This document shows positions 24,465 through 46,500 of a stretch of DNA of 64,000 nucleotides, in pieces. Within the stretch, counting starts at the first letter, position 1, and every line of letters starts with the position of its first letter. The notes under the pieces were generated by a model. That model saw only the letters and a list, made by a program, of their open reading frames with translations. It was not told the DNA's origin and did no database searches. Source of the DNA: Salpingoeca rosetta (lineage: Eukaryota; Protista; Choanoflagellata); assembly GCA_033442325.1 (NCBI GenBank), contig JAWQFM010000001.1, positions 3,389,711 through 3,453,710 on the forward strand, given 5' to 3'. The translations under genes were made by a program, and so were the position numbers.

Positions 24465-24949
24465 ATGTTTGCGGGTATGCACTCGCGGGTGCGCATCCAC
24501 GTGTACGTGTGCATGTGCGTACATGTATGCGTGTGCAATGATTGCTCGTCACCAACAGCCGACGCCTTTCATCCTGCAGCACCAAAGCTGTTCGTCTCTG
24601 ATTCCTTGTGTCCTTTTCGCTGCAATGACACCGTGTGCAGGTTGGAGCAGTTTGAGGCGGATTTGACGGCGTTGGCGGGCGTGTTCCATAAGAAGCGGCG
24701 CATGTGGGGCAGCGTGCTGTGCGAGAAAGCGCGCTCGTGGGCGGAGGCGGGCCTCTCCGTCGACACGCAGCTGCTGTCAGACGCACTCGCGCATCTGCAG
24801 ACAATCACGGTGGAGTTTGGCATGCGCATAATCAAGGACTACGAAAGCATGCAGCGCGCCGGCTATCGCTTTGCTCGTGCACGCCAGGTCTTGTTTGTTG
24901 TGTGTTGTGGAAAACGTACGCGTTGTACGCGTTGTACACGTTGTAGATG

Positions 24950-24989
<40 letters not shown>

Positions 24990-25637
24990 GTGTGGGTGTG
25001 TGTGTGTGTAAGTTACCTGACTCCACTCGCACCATCAACACTCACCATCACACGCGTGCACATGGTTTGCTGTTGCCTTTGCAGATCAAGCAGCTGCTTG
25101 CCGATGCGTTGCGCATGTGCAACGACTGCCTAGCACTCGGTATTGCAAACAACGAACGCATTCTTGCGCACGCCATGTCCATGTTCGTGCACACACTGCG
25201 ACTTTCCCTGGACATGTACCAGCACACCTTCCACGAGCAGCCGCGCGCCCTCGTCACACAGCACTTTGAGGACATTATCAAGGCCATGCAAGAGCTGCGG
25301 GTACGTATGCGCGTGGACATGCAACGTGATTGTGTGTATGTGCAATGTGTGAGCTGTGTGTGTATATGTGTTGATAAGCAAGCAGAGGAACACAGGCCTC
25401 TCTCTGCTGTGCAACGTAGTTTATCCTCTCACATCATGGCATGTACACGAATGCAGGATGTGTGTCAAAGAGTGCCACATTCCAACACGGCTGGCATGAG
25501 CTACCAGCACGCCAAGAACGCAAAACTGATTGAAGTTGTTGCCACACGCCCCGACGCGGCCGACCTCTTGTTCCAGTGCAGCAGGTGCGTGAGGGCTGTT
25601 TCCTTTGCTGCGTGGTTTTGTAGCGTTGCATGTGTTG

Positions 25638-25704
<67 letters not shown>

Positions 25705-26490
25705 ATTGAAATGCATTGTGGGATGTCAAGTTAAACTCCCTCACGGCCGGTGTTGACGCTCATACTGCCATGACTTGTGTGAACAACAATTGCTGCCTTG
25801 CAGGACACTGATGCAGCACATTATGCAAGCGAGCAAGGGCGAGCACACTCAGGACAACAAGAAGAACAACGCAAAGCACAGCGAGTGAGTCACCTGCTGC
25901 AGCTCTAGTGTGCGCGTGTGTGTGAATGAGTTTGGCAGTTGAGGTTGAAGCTGCACGTTCCAGCACCATAATTTTACGTGTGGGCACTCCCAGCCAGTCT
26001 CTAACACGCAAATGCCATTACTAATCACCACACCACGACGCAGGTCCAAGGATTTGATCCTTTGGCTGATGTTTGCGTGCAAGTTTGTCAACCGCACACT
26101 GGAATGCATGGGCCCAAGTATGCACACACTCGCGCGCGCACACACGCAGCAGCGAGTGCGCATTCATGTCAAACACACACACACACACACGCACACACAC
26201 ATACACACACACACACACACACAAATGCATGTGCATAAGCACTCGCACTTGCGCAAACATGCAAAGTGAAATGCGTCATTGCATGCATGCATGAATGTAT
26301 TGAGCTGCTCGCTCCATTCGTTGCCACGACTCATGGCATTCACATGTGCTTCCCCTCCTTCACAATCGCTGCCAACACACGTGCAGATGCAACCGGCAAG
26401 GACGCCCGCATGACGGAGATTCTGCAAACGCTGGAGACGATGGAGGTGCAGCTGCCAGACAACACCAACATCGGGGAGAGCGCCCTCTGA
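20175..26490 (+). CDS. Uncharacterised protein: D-box N-terminus, basic/SR region, polyproline tract, CHUP1-C-like helical domain
   Basis: Phase-consistent exons at about 20175-21106, 21601-21739, 22133-22795, 23162-23213, 23381-23469, 23818-23993, 24641-24887, 25085-25300, 25458-25584, 25804-25883 and 26387-26490. The gene is well supported; the family call is inference. Confidence 0.75.
21107..21335. repeat. (TG)n followed by a (GTGTGTGAAT)-type degenerate repeat
   Basis: Seen directly; begins at the donor GT. Confidence 0.95.
24112..24211. other. Assembly gap (100 N)
   Basis: N run flanked by (TG)n. Confidence 1.
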
Positions 26491-27063
26491 CATGATGACG
26501 GCAACAACAGACCACACCAGACACAATTGACCAACTCTGACTGCTGTCCAACCAACCAACCAACCACACAAACAACAACCAAACAACACAAACAAGCAAC
26601 CAAACAAACAACACAAACAAGCAACCAAGCACGAATCGTTGTTTGCGTGCGCACACCAATGACCGCTAGCTTTTTCTTCGCGTTATCATGACCCGTTCTC
26701 TGCGTTTGCTTCCATCTCTGTCCCCAAACAGAAAGTTTGCTCTCATTCACCACAGTAAAACTTCCCGCTCATGCAAACAGAGCCAAGCGCAGCATGCAAG
26801 CAAGCAAGCAAGGTGCATTGCATTGGTCTTCACTGCCGATCTTGTTCTCGTTCGTGCGTTTACAGCAGGAACCACCGCCGCACCATCACCATTGATCACG
26901 CCATCCACAACAAACACACGCACGCACCAAAACAGCGGCAACATTCTGCACAATCACCAGAAGTAACTTCATCATCACCACCACCAGCGAACCACGAGCA
27001 CAAACGCCACAAGCACAAACAGCACAGGTACACACACGCAGCGCGGGTACAGCGGGTGGCTGC

Positions 27064-27630
27064 TCAGTCCATGCGCGCCTTCAGTTCTCTGGTTGTGATC
27101 TTGTCCTTCTCACTGCGAGGAACACAAGAGGAGAAGCAGCAGCAGCAGCACAAGCAGGAGGATGAGGATGAGCGCAACGAAAAAAAAAAAAACGAAAAGC
27201 GCAACAGCTCAAAGTGTACAGACACACAGACACACACGGCACACACACGGCACACACACAACACATACGCACGCACACAAAACACACACACCACATACGC
27301 ACGCACACAAAAACACGACACACAACAACACGTGTGTGTACGCACATGATGTGGACAATGGCGCCCCAGCCGGCAAGGCAGTCGCGGTCCACGGCGTTCA
27401 TCAGCGCCTGCGAGATGGTCTCAAACAGGTCATCCGGCGCCTGACATTATGGAGTGACGCGCAACAAAGCATGCCGGCGTGAGTAAGTGCATTGAGGGAT
27501 GCAAGCACAACTGCAAGGATGCTGCGGCTGGAAAACCGCTGCACGTTCATGCAACGACTAGCTGCTGAAGGACACGCGCCGTACACGCACGCAAACAAAC
27601 ACACGCACACGCACACGCACACACACACAC

Positions 27631-27667
<37 letters not shown>

Positions 27668-28628
27668 AACGGACACACAGAGCACACGCGAAATGACGCA
27701 CCATGTCTGGCTTGTAGAGGGATTCGCACATGCCGTACAACTGCTCTGAGCTTGTGCCGCCAACAACGAAATCGGACGTCTCCATCGGGCAGCCAATGAG
27801 GTCTGTGCTTGCGACGTACGGCTGGTTCTTGGAATCGAGGCCCGCCACAACGGGCTCAACAAAGTACGGGCCAAACCTGCAAACACAACACAAGTGTGCG
27901 AGCGGCCAACCAACATGCACCGCAATGCGCCACACATTAGCACCAAAACAAGCACTGTCGATGCAACAGGCAAAACTTATGCTTCTACATCTTCCATGCA
28001 CACACACACACACACTGGCGGACCTGCGCTCGTAGAGGAAGGAGGAGACGAGGTTGATCATGGTCTTTGGCTCAATGTCCCGCTCTTCGCGAAGCGTGTA
28101 CATGTTCAACCGGAACTTGAGGCGCTGGGACCTGCGCGCACCGACATGCCAACACATGAGTCCGCTTCAGCGCAACACCAGCAAACAACAGCGAAAACAA
28201 AGGAACCATCGACAAGCCCTATTGCGGTTCACACACAGACACAAACACAGACAAACACAAACAACCAAACAACCAAACAACCAAACACACACACATACAA
28301 ACATACAAACAAACAAACATCAAGTTGGGTCGACGTGACGTACACAGTGATGGCGTCCGTGCCGAGGCCGGGAAGACCCACGAACAGCTTGGGTCCCATC
28401 TGGAACACCTTTTGAAAGTCTGTGGACACGGTCTGTGCCTGGGCGCCGAGCCGGCGATCCGCAGCGATGGCCACGCATTCCTTGCCAGTCATTGCCACAA
28501 CGGCACTGCCGTTGTACTCCATAATCGACTGTCACGCCATTGCGAGTTGTTGTCGTGTGGTGTTAGTGTGTTGGATATGAGTGATGAAGCTGCTTGTGGC
28601 TGTTATCAACGACGCGCGCGCACACACA

Positions 28629-28675
<47 letters not shown>

Positions 28676-28689
28676 CACTCACGCACCAT
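27064..28689 (-). CDS. PSMB3: 20S proteasome subunit beta-3, 6 exons
   Basis: ATG-only exon 28689-28687; 28528-28344 ([28 protein letters not shown]); 28130-28023; 27876-27702 ([14 protein letters not shown]...LYGMCESLY); 27440-27346 ([22 protein letters not shown]); 27112-27064 ([11 protein letters not shown]). Confidence 0.97.
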
Positions 28690-29156
28690 GGTTGAAGGTT
28701 TGCTTGGATTGGATTGGATTGGATGGATTGGATGGACGACAAGATACAAACACACCACCACAGGCAGGTCAGCAAAGTGCAGCAACCGCCAAGCAAGCAA
28801 GACAAGCGAAGTCGACCAAAATCGAGCAAAGGCAAAATTGACTTGTATGGGGTGGGAGAAAGGAAAATTTGCCTTCTACCTGAAACCCCAAGCTGTACAA
28901 GCCAACGAAGCAGGAATATCCCGCAAAGATATTCGCGGTGCTGTAGAAGCCAAGTTGTTGTTTGTTTGCTCGCCTGGTGTTGAGTGTGTGTCCATTCAGC
29001 GCAAGAGAGTACCCTGTCAGCACACACTCCAAAGCTGGTTGAGCAACGTGTGACCCTCTGAGTTCAAAACACGCCAAACAACCCACAAGCCAGGCCTGAC
29101 AGGACAACAGCGAGAGCAGAGAGCAGAGAGCAGAGAGCAGAAAGTAGAGAGCAGAG
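28690..29156. promoter_or_regulatory. Short bidirectional promoter region PSMB3 / CYFIP
   Basis: 467 bp between divergent ATGs. Contains GGAAAATTTGCC (28862-28873) and the inverted repeat GAATATC-N7-GATATTC (28914-28934). Confidence 0.6.
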
Positions 29157-39413
<10,257 letters not shown>

Positions 39414-40003
39414 GCGACAAAGCTCAAGTGAATGGAACCCTTGAAACGCGTTTTGCACACATGTCTGATTGCTTGCTTGTGTTGCTCTCCTCTGTGCTTT
39501 GAGTGCTGTGTGGTTGGTTGGTTGGTTGGTTGGTGAAGTTGCTTTTTCATGCCGTGGCGCGAGGTGACGTGATGTGACATGACTTGCCCAGTTGCAGCTG
39601 TATGAATATTTGGTGCGCCGCTTTGTTTGCTTGAGCTCGAGCTTGGCTTTTGTGCTGTGATGCAGTGTTTGCGACACACAATGAAGACAATGAAGAAAAG
39701 CTTCACCACACCCCTTCAACACTCGGACAGCACTTTCGTGGTGGCACAAGAGACTTGTGCGTGTTTACATGACATTACTCCCGCCTCTCTCTCTCACTCA
39801 CTCACTCACTCACTCACACACACACACACACACACACACACTCTCTCTCTCTCTTTCTCACTCACTCTCTCTGTGTCAGTTGCTGCAACACCACACACAA
39901 CAAAAGCATTTCACATGTATGTAATGGGGCGTACAAACACGTTTACTTTAGCCAGCGGCAGATCAAATAGTATCAGTTACAATGTTGTTTCATCGCATCG
40001 GCT

Positions 40004-40258
40004 TCAGAACCGCACAAACTTCTTCAGCTTGCGCTTCGAATCTGTGGTCTTCTCCAGCCTGCAATGTACGCGAGTATTCAAGCGAGTGGGGGTGCGCGTG
40101 GCTGAGTGAGCTGGCGATTGTAATGTGCTTGTGCTATCGTGACATGCACATATGTGCGCCGAAAACGAAGCAACGACTTGAAGGAGGGGGGGGGTTGCAC
40201 ACAGCCACGCACATGTGTATGTACACACACACACACACACATACACAGACATGGATAT

Positions 40259-40315
<57 letters not shown>

Positions 40316-43071
40316 CATGTACGCATACGCACACACAGAGACACAATACACACACATGCAGCGCACTTTGCCTTTTTCCGCTTCAAGTCCTCGAGCTCGC
40401 CCTCCATTGCGGAGAGCGTCTCCTGCGCTCTGCGGCGCAGTTCGCCGTGCTGCCGCTGCAACGACGGTCGGTACCGCGCAATCACCCGCTCCCGCGCCTC
40501 AATCTGCACGCAGTCGTCAGCAGGCGGGGTTGGCGTCGTGTTGTGTGATTGGGGGGAGGGGCGAGATGGGTGAGAGGGAGTGAGAGAGGCACAGAAACCC
40601 AAGCATCACGATAGCCACAACCACAGCCACAGCCACAGCAACAGCCACAGCACGTCACCGCCCACCTCATTGTAGAGGTCCATGATTTGCACATTGAGTG
40701 GTTTCCTCTGTGCAGGTTTCGCGCCAGTCTGTGTCGCTGGTGTTGTTGAGCCAGCCGCCTTGCTTTCTTCCAGCCGCTGTCGCTCTGATGTGCAAACAGG
40801 CGATGAACGGTGAGCCTTCTTAGTCAGTGCTACATGTGGTTGAAGAACAACAAGAACAATTGCAACAAGAAGGAGTTCGAAGCGACTAACACAAACAAAC
40901 ACACACACACACACACAGACGCACAGACGCACAGAAACACACACACCTTGCTCTTGTTGTTGTGCGGAGAGGCGCTGGTTGAGGGCGGTGTTGAGAAAGT
41001 CAAAGACGGATGGTTTCGCTTTCCGGCGCTCCGACGCTGACGAGGGAGGGGGGATGTGATGCAAGGAGCAGCGTGAACGAACAGCGTGAGCAGACGGGCT
41101 GGGAAATTGGCTAGCGACACCAATGACTAAGCAAACATGTACAGGGTCACACACATGCAGTTCTAGTCACACACACACACACGCACAAGCACACAAACAC
41201 AATACAATACACACAATGCACACGAACAAACACACCAACACAATAGACACAATAGACACAATGCATGCGACATACACAATGCACACAACACACACCGATT
41301 TGAATGTTGAGGCGCCTGTTCATGATGTAATCGAGGGATTTGCCTTGAGGAAGAACCTGAACAGGTACAGGGTTCACGCGGCCTTGCGCATCACTCCCAA
41401 GGCCTTGTCCATGCTTGTATCCAAACTTGGCCAGGATCTTCGACCCAATTCCTCTGATGACAGCAATGAAATGCGACATTTGAGCCGTGTCACACAGGGT
41501 GTCAACAGCGCAAACAACTCAAGGGGGAAGTGCCTCATGCCCGCCACACACACGTACACACACACGGACACGCAGACACACAGACACACACACGGACACG
41601 CAGACATACATACACACGCACACACACACACACAGACAGACAGACACACAGACAGACAGACACACACAGACACACACAACCGTTATGTAACACAAACTCC
41701 CCCCCCCCCAATGACGCACTTGCTGTATTGCTCCCAGCTGCCAAAGTCAGCGTCTGCGGCGTCCATAACAATCGGAGCAAAGTCCCCCTCCTCCTCGGGC
41801 ATTCGTGTTCCCACGGCTCTCGGCTTTGCTACACTGGCCACGGCCGAGCGGCTGTTATTTGTGCTGGCCGCTTCATGTCTCCCTTTCGCTCGTCGGTGTG
41901 CGGGCGCACCTGCCCTCTCCCTCCTTCCAGGACCGTCTTCATCACCACCATCACCAAGTGCGCCCACATCATCACCGGCTTTCGGTTTCTCCGTATCGCT
42001 GTCGCTCTCATCATCATCACCATCGTCGTCACCGTCATCGTCGTCCATTGCATTTGCATCCAGACCAGGCACGGGCCTCACCTGCTTCAGCGACACCTCC
42101 TCCAGCTGCCCGCCAAAGTGGGGGCGCACCACCACGTTTGTCTCGTCACTAACAGCCACCAGCGTGCCATAGTGCCACAGTCGCTCGTGCTCCAGTCGGT
42201 AGAGGCACAGGGAGCCCAGCGTGAGGGAGGTGAAGTCCACTTTGGCTGCGGGGCGGAGGTCGCTCACTGCGACCCGGTGCCCGTGCGAGTGCACGCACGT
42301 GTCCCCTCGCGTGCAGCGGCCCTTGAGGTAGTCGCGGCAAGGCAGCATGCTCTCGTACAGCGGCGTCACAAACAGCACGGTGCAGTGCTGCCCGTCGTCG
42401 TCCACGTCGTGAATGATGGCGTCGTGGTATGCAAAGATGCCGTAGGCAGTAGAGAATGGCGCCTGGCACCGGGTTTCAGGCACGATGGGCATGCCGGCCT
42501 GTAGTGTTGCGCCGCCCTCGGCCCTGTCCATGAGTGAGGAGCTGCTGCGCACCACAATTGGGCCGTCACCGTTCTTGGTGGCTGCGCCTGTGGCCGCTGA
42601 GGACGAGGACGAGGACGTGGAAGAGGACGATTGTCCGGCGGCCCCTGCAGAGGCAGCGGCTTCCTTTGAAGACGAGCCGTACTGCAGCTTCAAGCGCTCC
42701 TTCTTCACTTGCAGCAGCTCCGATTGATGCAGATCCATGAGCTCGTGGAGGTTCTTTCTGAGCGTGAGCACCTCTTCGTCCTTTGGGTTCAGGTGCAGCA
42801 GGCTGTCAACGGACGCCAGCTGCTCCTGCAGCTGCTTCAGCTCCTTGAGCGCCTTATCCTCCTGCGCCTGCAGGGTGACGATGACCTGTTCCCGTCGCCT
42901 CTGGCGCTCCTGCCGCTTTGCCTCCGCCTGCTTCCTTGCCAGGGCGCTGGTCGTGTCATCTGGCCTCGTCCACGATGTCTCCCCCGTCTTCACATTTACA
43001 TAGTAGAACCGGCCCGGCATCGAACGCGACGCCCGCACACGCCACCCAGGCGGCACGCCAGACGACGACAT
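40004..43071 (-). CDS. ZGPAT: ZGPAT-like protein (CCCH zinc finger, Tudor-like, G-patch) with an N-terminal WW domain
   Basis: Exon 43071-41720: WW ([32 protein letters not shown]), [42 protein letters not shown]. Exon about 41456-41296: G-patch [26 protein letters not shown] motif; ends KLKKFVRF*. Confidence 0.9.
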
Positions 43072-43087
43072 GTGTGCTGCGTGATCG

Positions 43088-43373
<286 letters not shown>

Positions 43374-43485
43374 ATGTGCGCTGCTTTGTTTGTCGCTGCG
43401 ACACGACAGACGGAAATGTTGTGAATGGAGTACTGCGACGCGACAGACGGAAATGTTACAAATGGTCGCCAACACAAGCCGAAAT

Positions 43486-43502
43486 GCCGCCAAAGTTTCA
43501 AA
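43486..43502 (-). promoter_or_regulatory. Adjacent CHR and E2F-like sites (TTTGAA-AC-TTTGGCGGC on the minus strand)
   Basis: About 50 bp upstream of the ATG at 43549, in the divergent ZGPAT / orphan promoter. Confidence 0.45.
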
Positions 43503-43548
43503 AAACCAAAACAGCCACACGAGCGAAAGGCAGGAGCACACAGCGGAG

Positions 43549-46500
43549 ATGGACGTGGTGCGCACGCCTCTGTCTGAGAGGAACAGAGATGACAACTCCA
43601 ACAACACCAGCGGCTCCGGCACCCCGATGCAGGTGCTGCCAAAGGCAAAGTCAACTCAGGGCTTGAGGGCTTCCACAAGACAGCACAGCCTGAGCCCAAA
43701 CAAGCGTCCTCACGTCCTGGGTGACAGCAGCAACCAGATGCAGCATACACCCACTCCAGCACATCAACAGGTCTCCATCACCCCTTCCCCAAAGCAACGG
43801 TCCCCGTTCAAGACCGCTTCCCCTCGATCTCCGACTCTTGTGCATCGACCACTTGTCCAGCGTGCGCGGTCTGTGCCGACGGGGCTGGGTCAGTCCCCAC
43901 TCGCCAGCCATGCCACTCCTACGCAGCGCAATGCGGGCATCCCCATGTTCCACGCCAAGAACCACCACCACAACCACCACCACAAGCACCACCACCATCA
44001 TAGCCCTTCTTTTCGCAAGAGCAGCAACAATAGCAATAGCAGCCCACTCGCAACACCGCGCACCCCACTCAGCGAGGAAGAGGAGGAAGAAGTGTTCTTC
44101 GGTTCCGTTATCAGCTCCGTGGAGCAGCGGCGTGTGAAGAAACTCAACGGCAGACGCCGCACCCTCCTGCAAGTCTACCACCAGGTGCGTCCTTGTGTGT
44201 GTATGTACGTGCGCATGTGTGTGTGTGTGTGCGTGTGGCATTGTGTGTATGTGTGCGTGCGTATGCATATGTACATATATATGTGTGTACGTGTACATGT
44301 GTATATGTGTACATGTATACATATTTATGTGTGTGTGTGTGGCATCGTGTGTGTGAACGTGTGTATGTATGTGTACATGTGTGTGGCGTCGTGTCTGTGC
44401 GTGGTAGGTATCGTGTTTGTATGCTTGATGCTTGATTTGGACCACCCGCATTCATTCATCCACTCATTTATATGTTTGTTCGTATGTTTGTTTGTTCATC
44501 GGACATGAACATGGCCTGTTGAATATACACCCAACTCACTCACGACCCACATCCACGGCCTCAACACGACCTTGTCGGTGGCTTTTCTCAGGGCGCCAAA
44601 GCTTCAGTCCCAGGCTCGCTTCTCAAAGCACAGCAGGTGAGCTGAAGTCAACACAGAAAGTGCAGTGGCAGGCCGCCTTGTGCATTCACGCATGCATTCA
44701 TGCATGCATTCACGTGTGCATGCTTTGCAAGGTGGTGTTCTTGTCTGCTGTACCTCCTCGTGTCTCGTTGAGTCTCCTCGTTGCTGATCGTCATCCACCC
44801 CCCCCAATTCCTGTTGTCATATCTTCTCGCAATGCTCCCAATCCACATCACCAGACACGAGCTGCGGAGATTATTCAGAGTGCGTGGCGTCGATACAAAT
44901 GCCACCGTTCCTTCAGGTGCCAACGGCTGCAAACAAACATGCCCATGTCCTTTGTCATTGACACCTTACTGCCACCCCGAACTCTTAGACAAACGCACAC
45001 ACAAATGTATTCGCACTCTCACGCTCACACGCACACGCACACGCACACGCACACGCACACATATGTATCCACGCACTCACGCTCACACACACACATCCAC
45101 TCATACACGTCTCTGCACACACACACACACACATACACAGACAAGCGTTGAGTGCAGTTGTTGCCATTCAGAGATGGTATCGGCAAGTGCGACAAGCCAG
45201 GCTAGCCGCAGCCACCAAGATCCAGGTAAGAACAACCTCGCACATGCGTGCACACAAGCTTGGCTTGGATGCCTGCACTTGTGTGTGTGTGTGTGTGTGT
45301 GTGCAGTGGTGCGCGCGCATGTTCAAGTCTGTTCACACAAGCCTCTCATCGTTGCCCCACATACGGTGCATGTCTGCGTTCGTATTCACAGCGTTGGTGG
45401 CGCACCGCATGTGTGGGCGAGCTTTGTTGCCTGCAAGCATCATCACTCCTCTCCAGCCAGCGGCCGCTTCTGTCAGCCTCGCATGTTTGAAGTGCCCGGC
45501 ACCGGCAATGACAGTGACAACGAGGAGGAGGAGGAGGAGGAGGAGGAGGAGGAGGAGGAGAAACAGGAGCCTGTGGCCTTTCTTCAGGAAACCCTGTGTG
45601 CGCACGCGTTCACCGCAGCAGATGTGCACGTCCTTCGCCCACAGCCAACGAAGCACACAGCTGTGCAGCAGCGCCAGCACCACCAGCAACAGCAGCAGCA
45701 TGACACAATCGCACCCACCTCAGAGGTCGCTCAGGATGGAAGCTCAATTAAGTGCACGCGCGTGTGCGCCGTGTGGGCCACAAAGGCGGTGCTTCGGGAT
45801 TTCTCAGGCGTTCGCGTGACAAACTTGGACGACGCTACATGCGATGAGCACAGCACGACAGTGGCCATGCAAGTGGACAGTGACACCGCTGACGAAGCAA
45901 CCACAAGAGCTGCTACGAGTGCCGATACTGCCCAAACTGCTGTTGCCGTTGCGACGACGACTACTGCCGCTGCCCTTGGCGGTGATGCCTCGAAGCGAAC
46001 GCCAACACTCGCACGAAAACGGCTCAACCCAACATCGCCTTCGGCGTGCCTGCTGGACAACAGCATTGCGTCGAACAGCACATGGTTGACATCAACAACA
46101 GAACCAATGCAAGGCAGTGCTCGCCCCGCACTCATCAGGAGAGCAAACACGTTCAACCTCCACACGCGCGCAGCACAGCCGGCGCGAAAGGCAGAGCGTC
46201 TGGAGACGGCACTCGTGTCGGAGGACACAGCACCAGCAGCTGCGACAACCACAGCGAAGGCGTCACCATCAGCACCACCACCAACAACAGCAACAACAAT
46301 GCCGGACACACCTGTGACATTGCCCAGCGCTTCCTCTGCTGCACCGGCCGCACCAGCAGCGACGCTGCCTCAGGGGTCGCTACTGCCACGCCCCGTGGCC
46401 AGCGCTTCTGCTCTTTCAGCTGCGTCCACGCTGGCCACAGCTGCCTCTGCGGAGCACGCGGGCGATGCCATGCTGGTGGCGAAGCGACAGCTTTTGCAGC

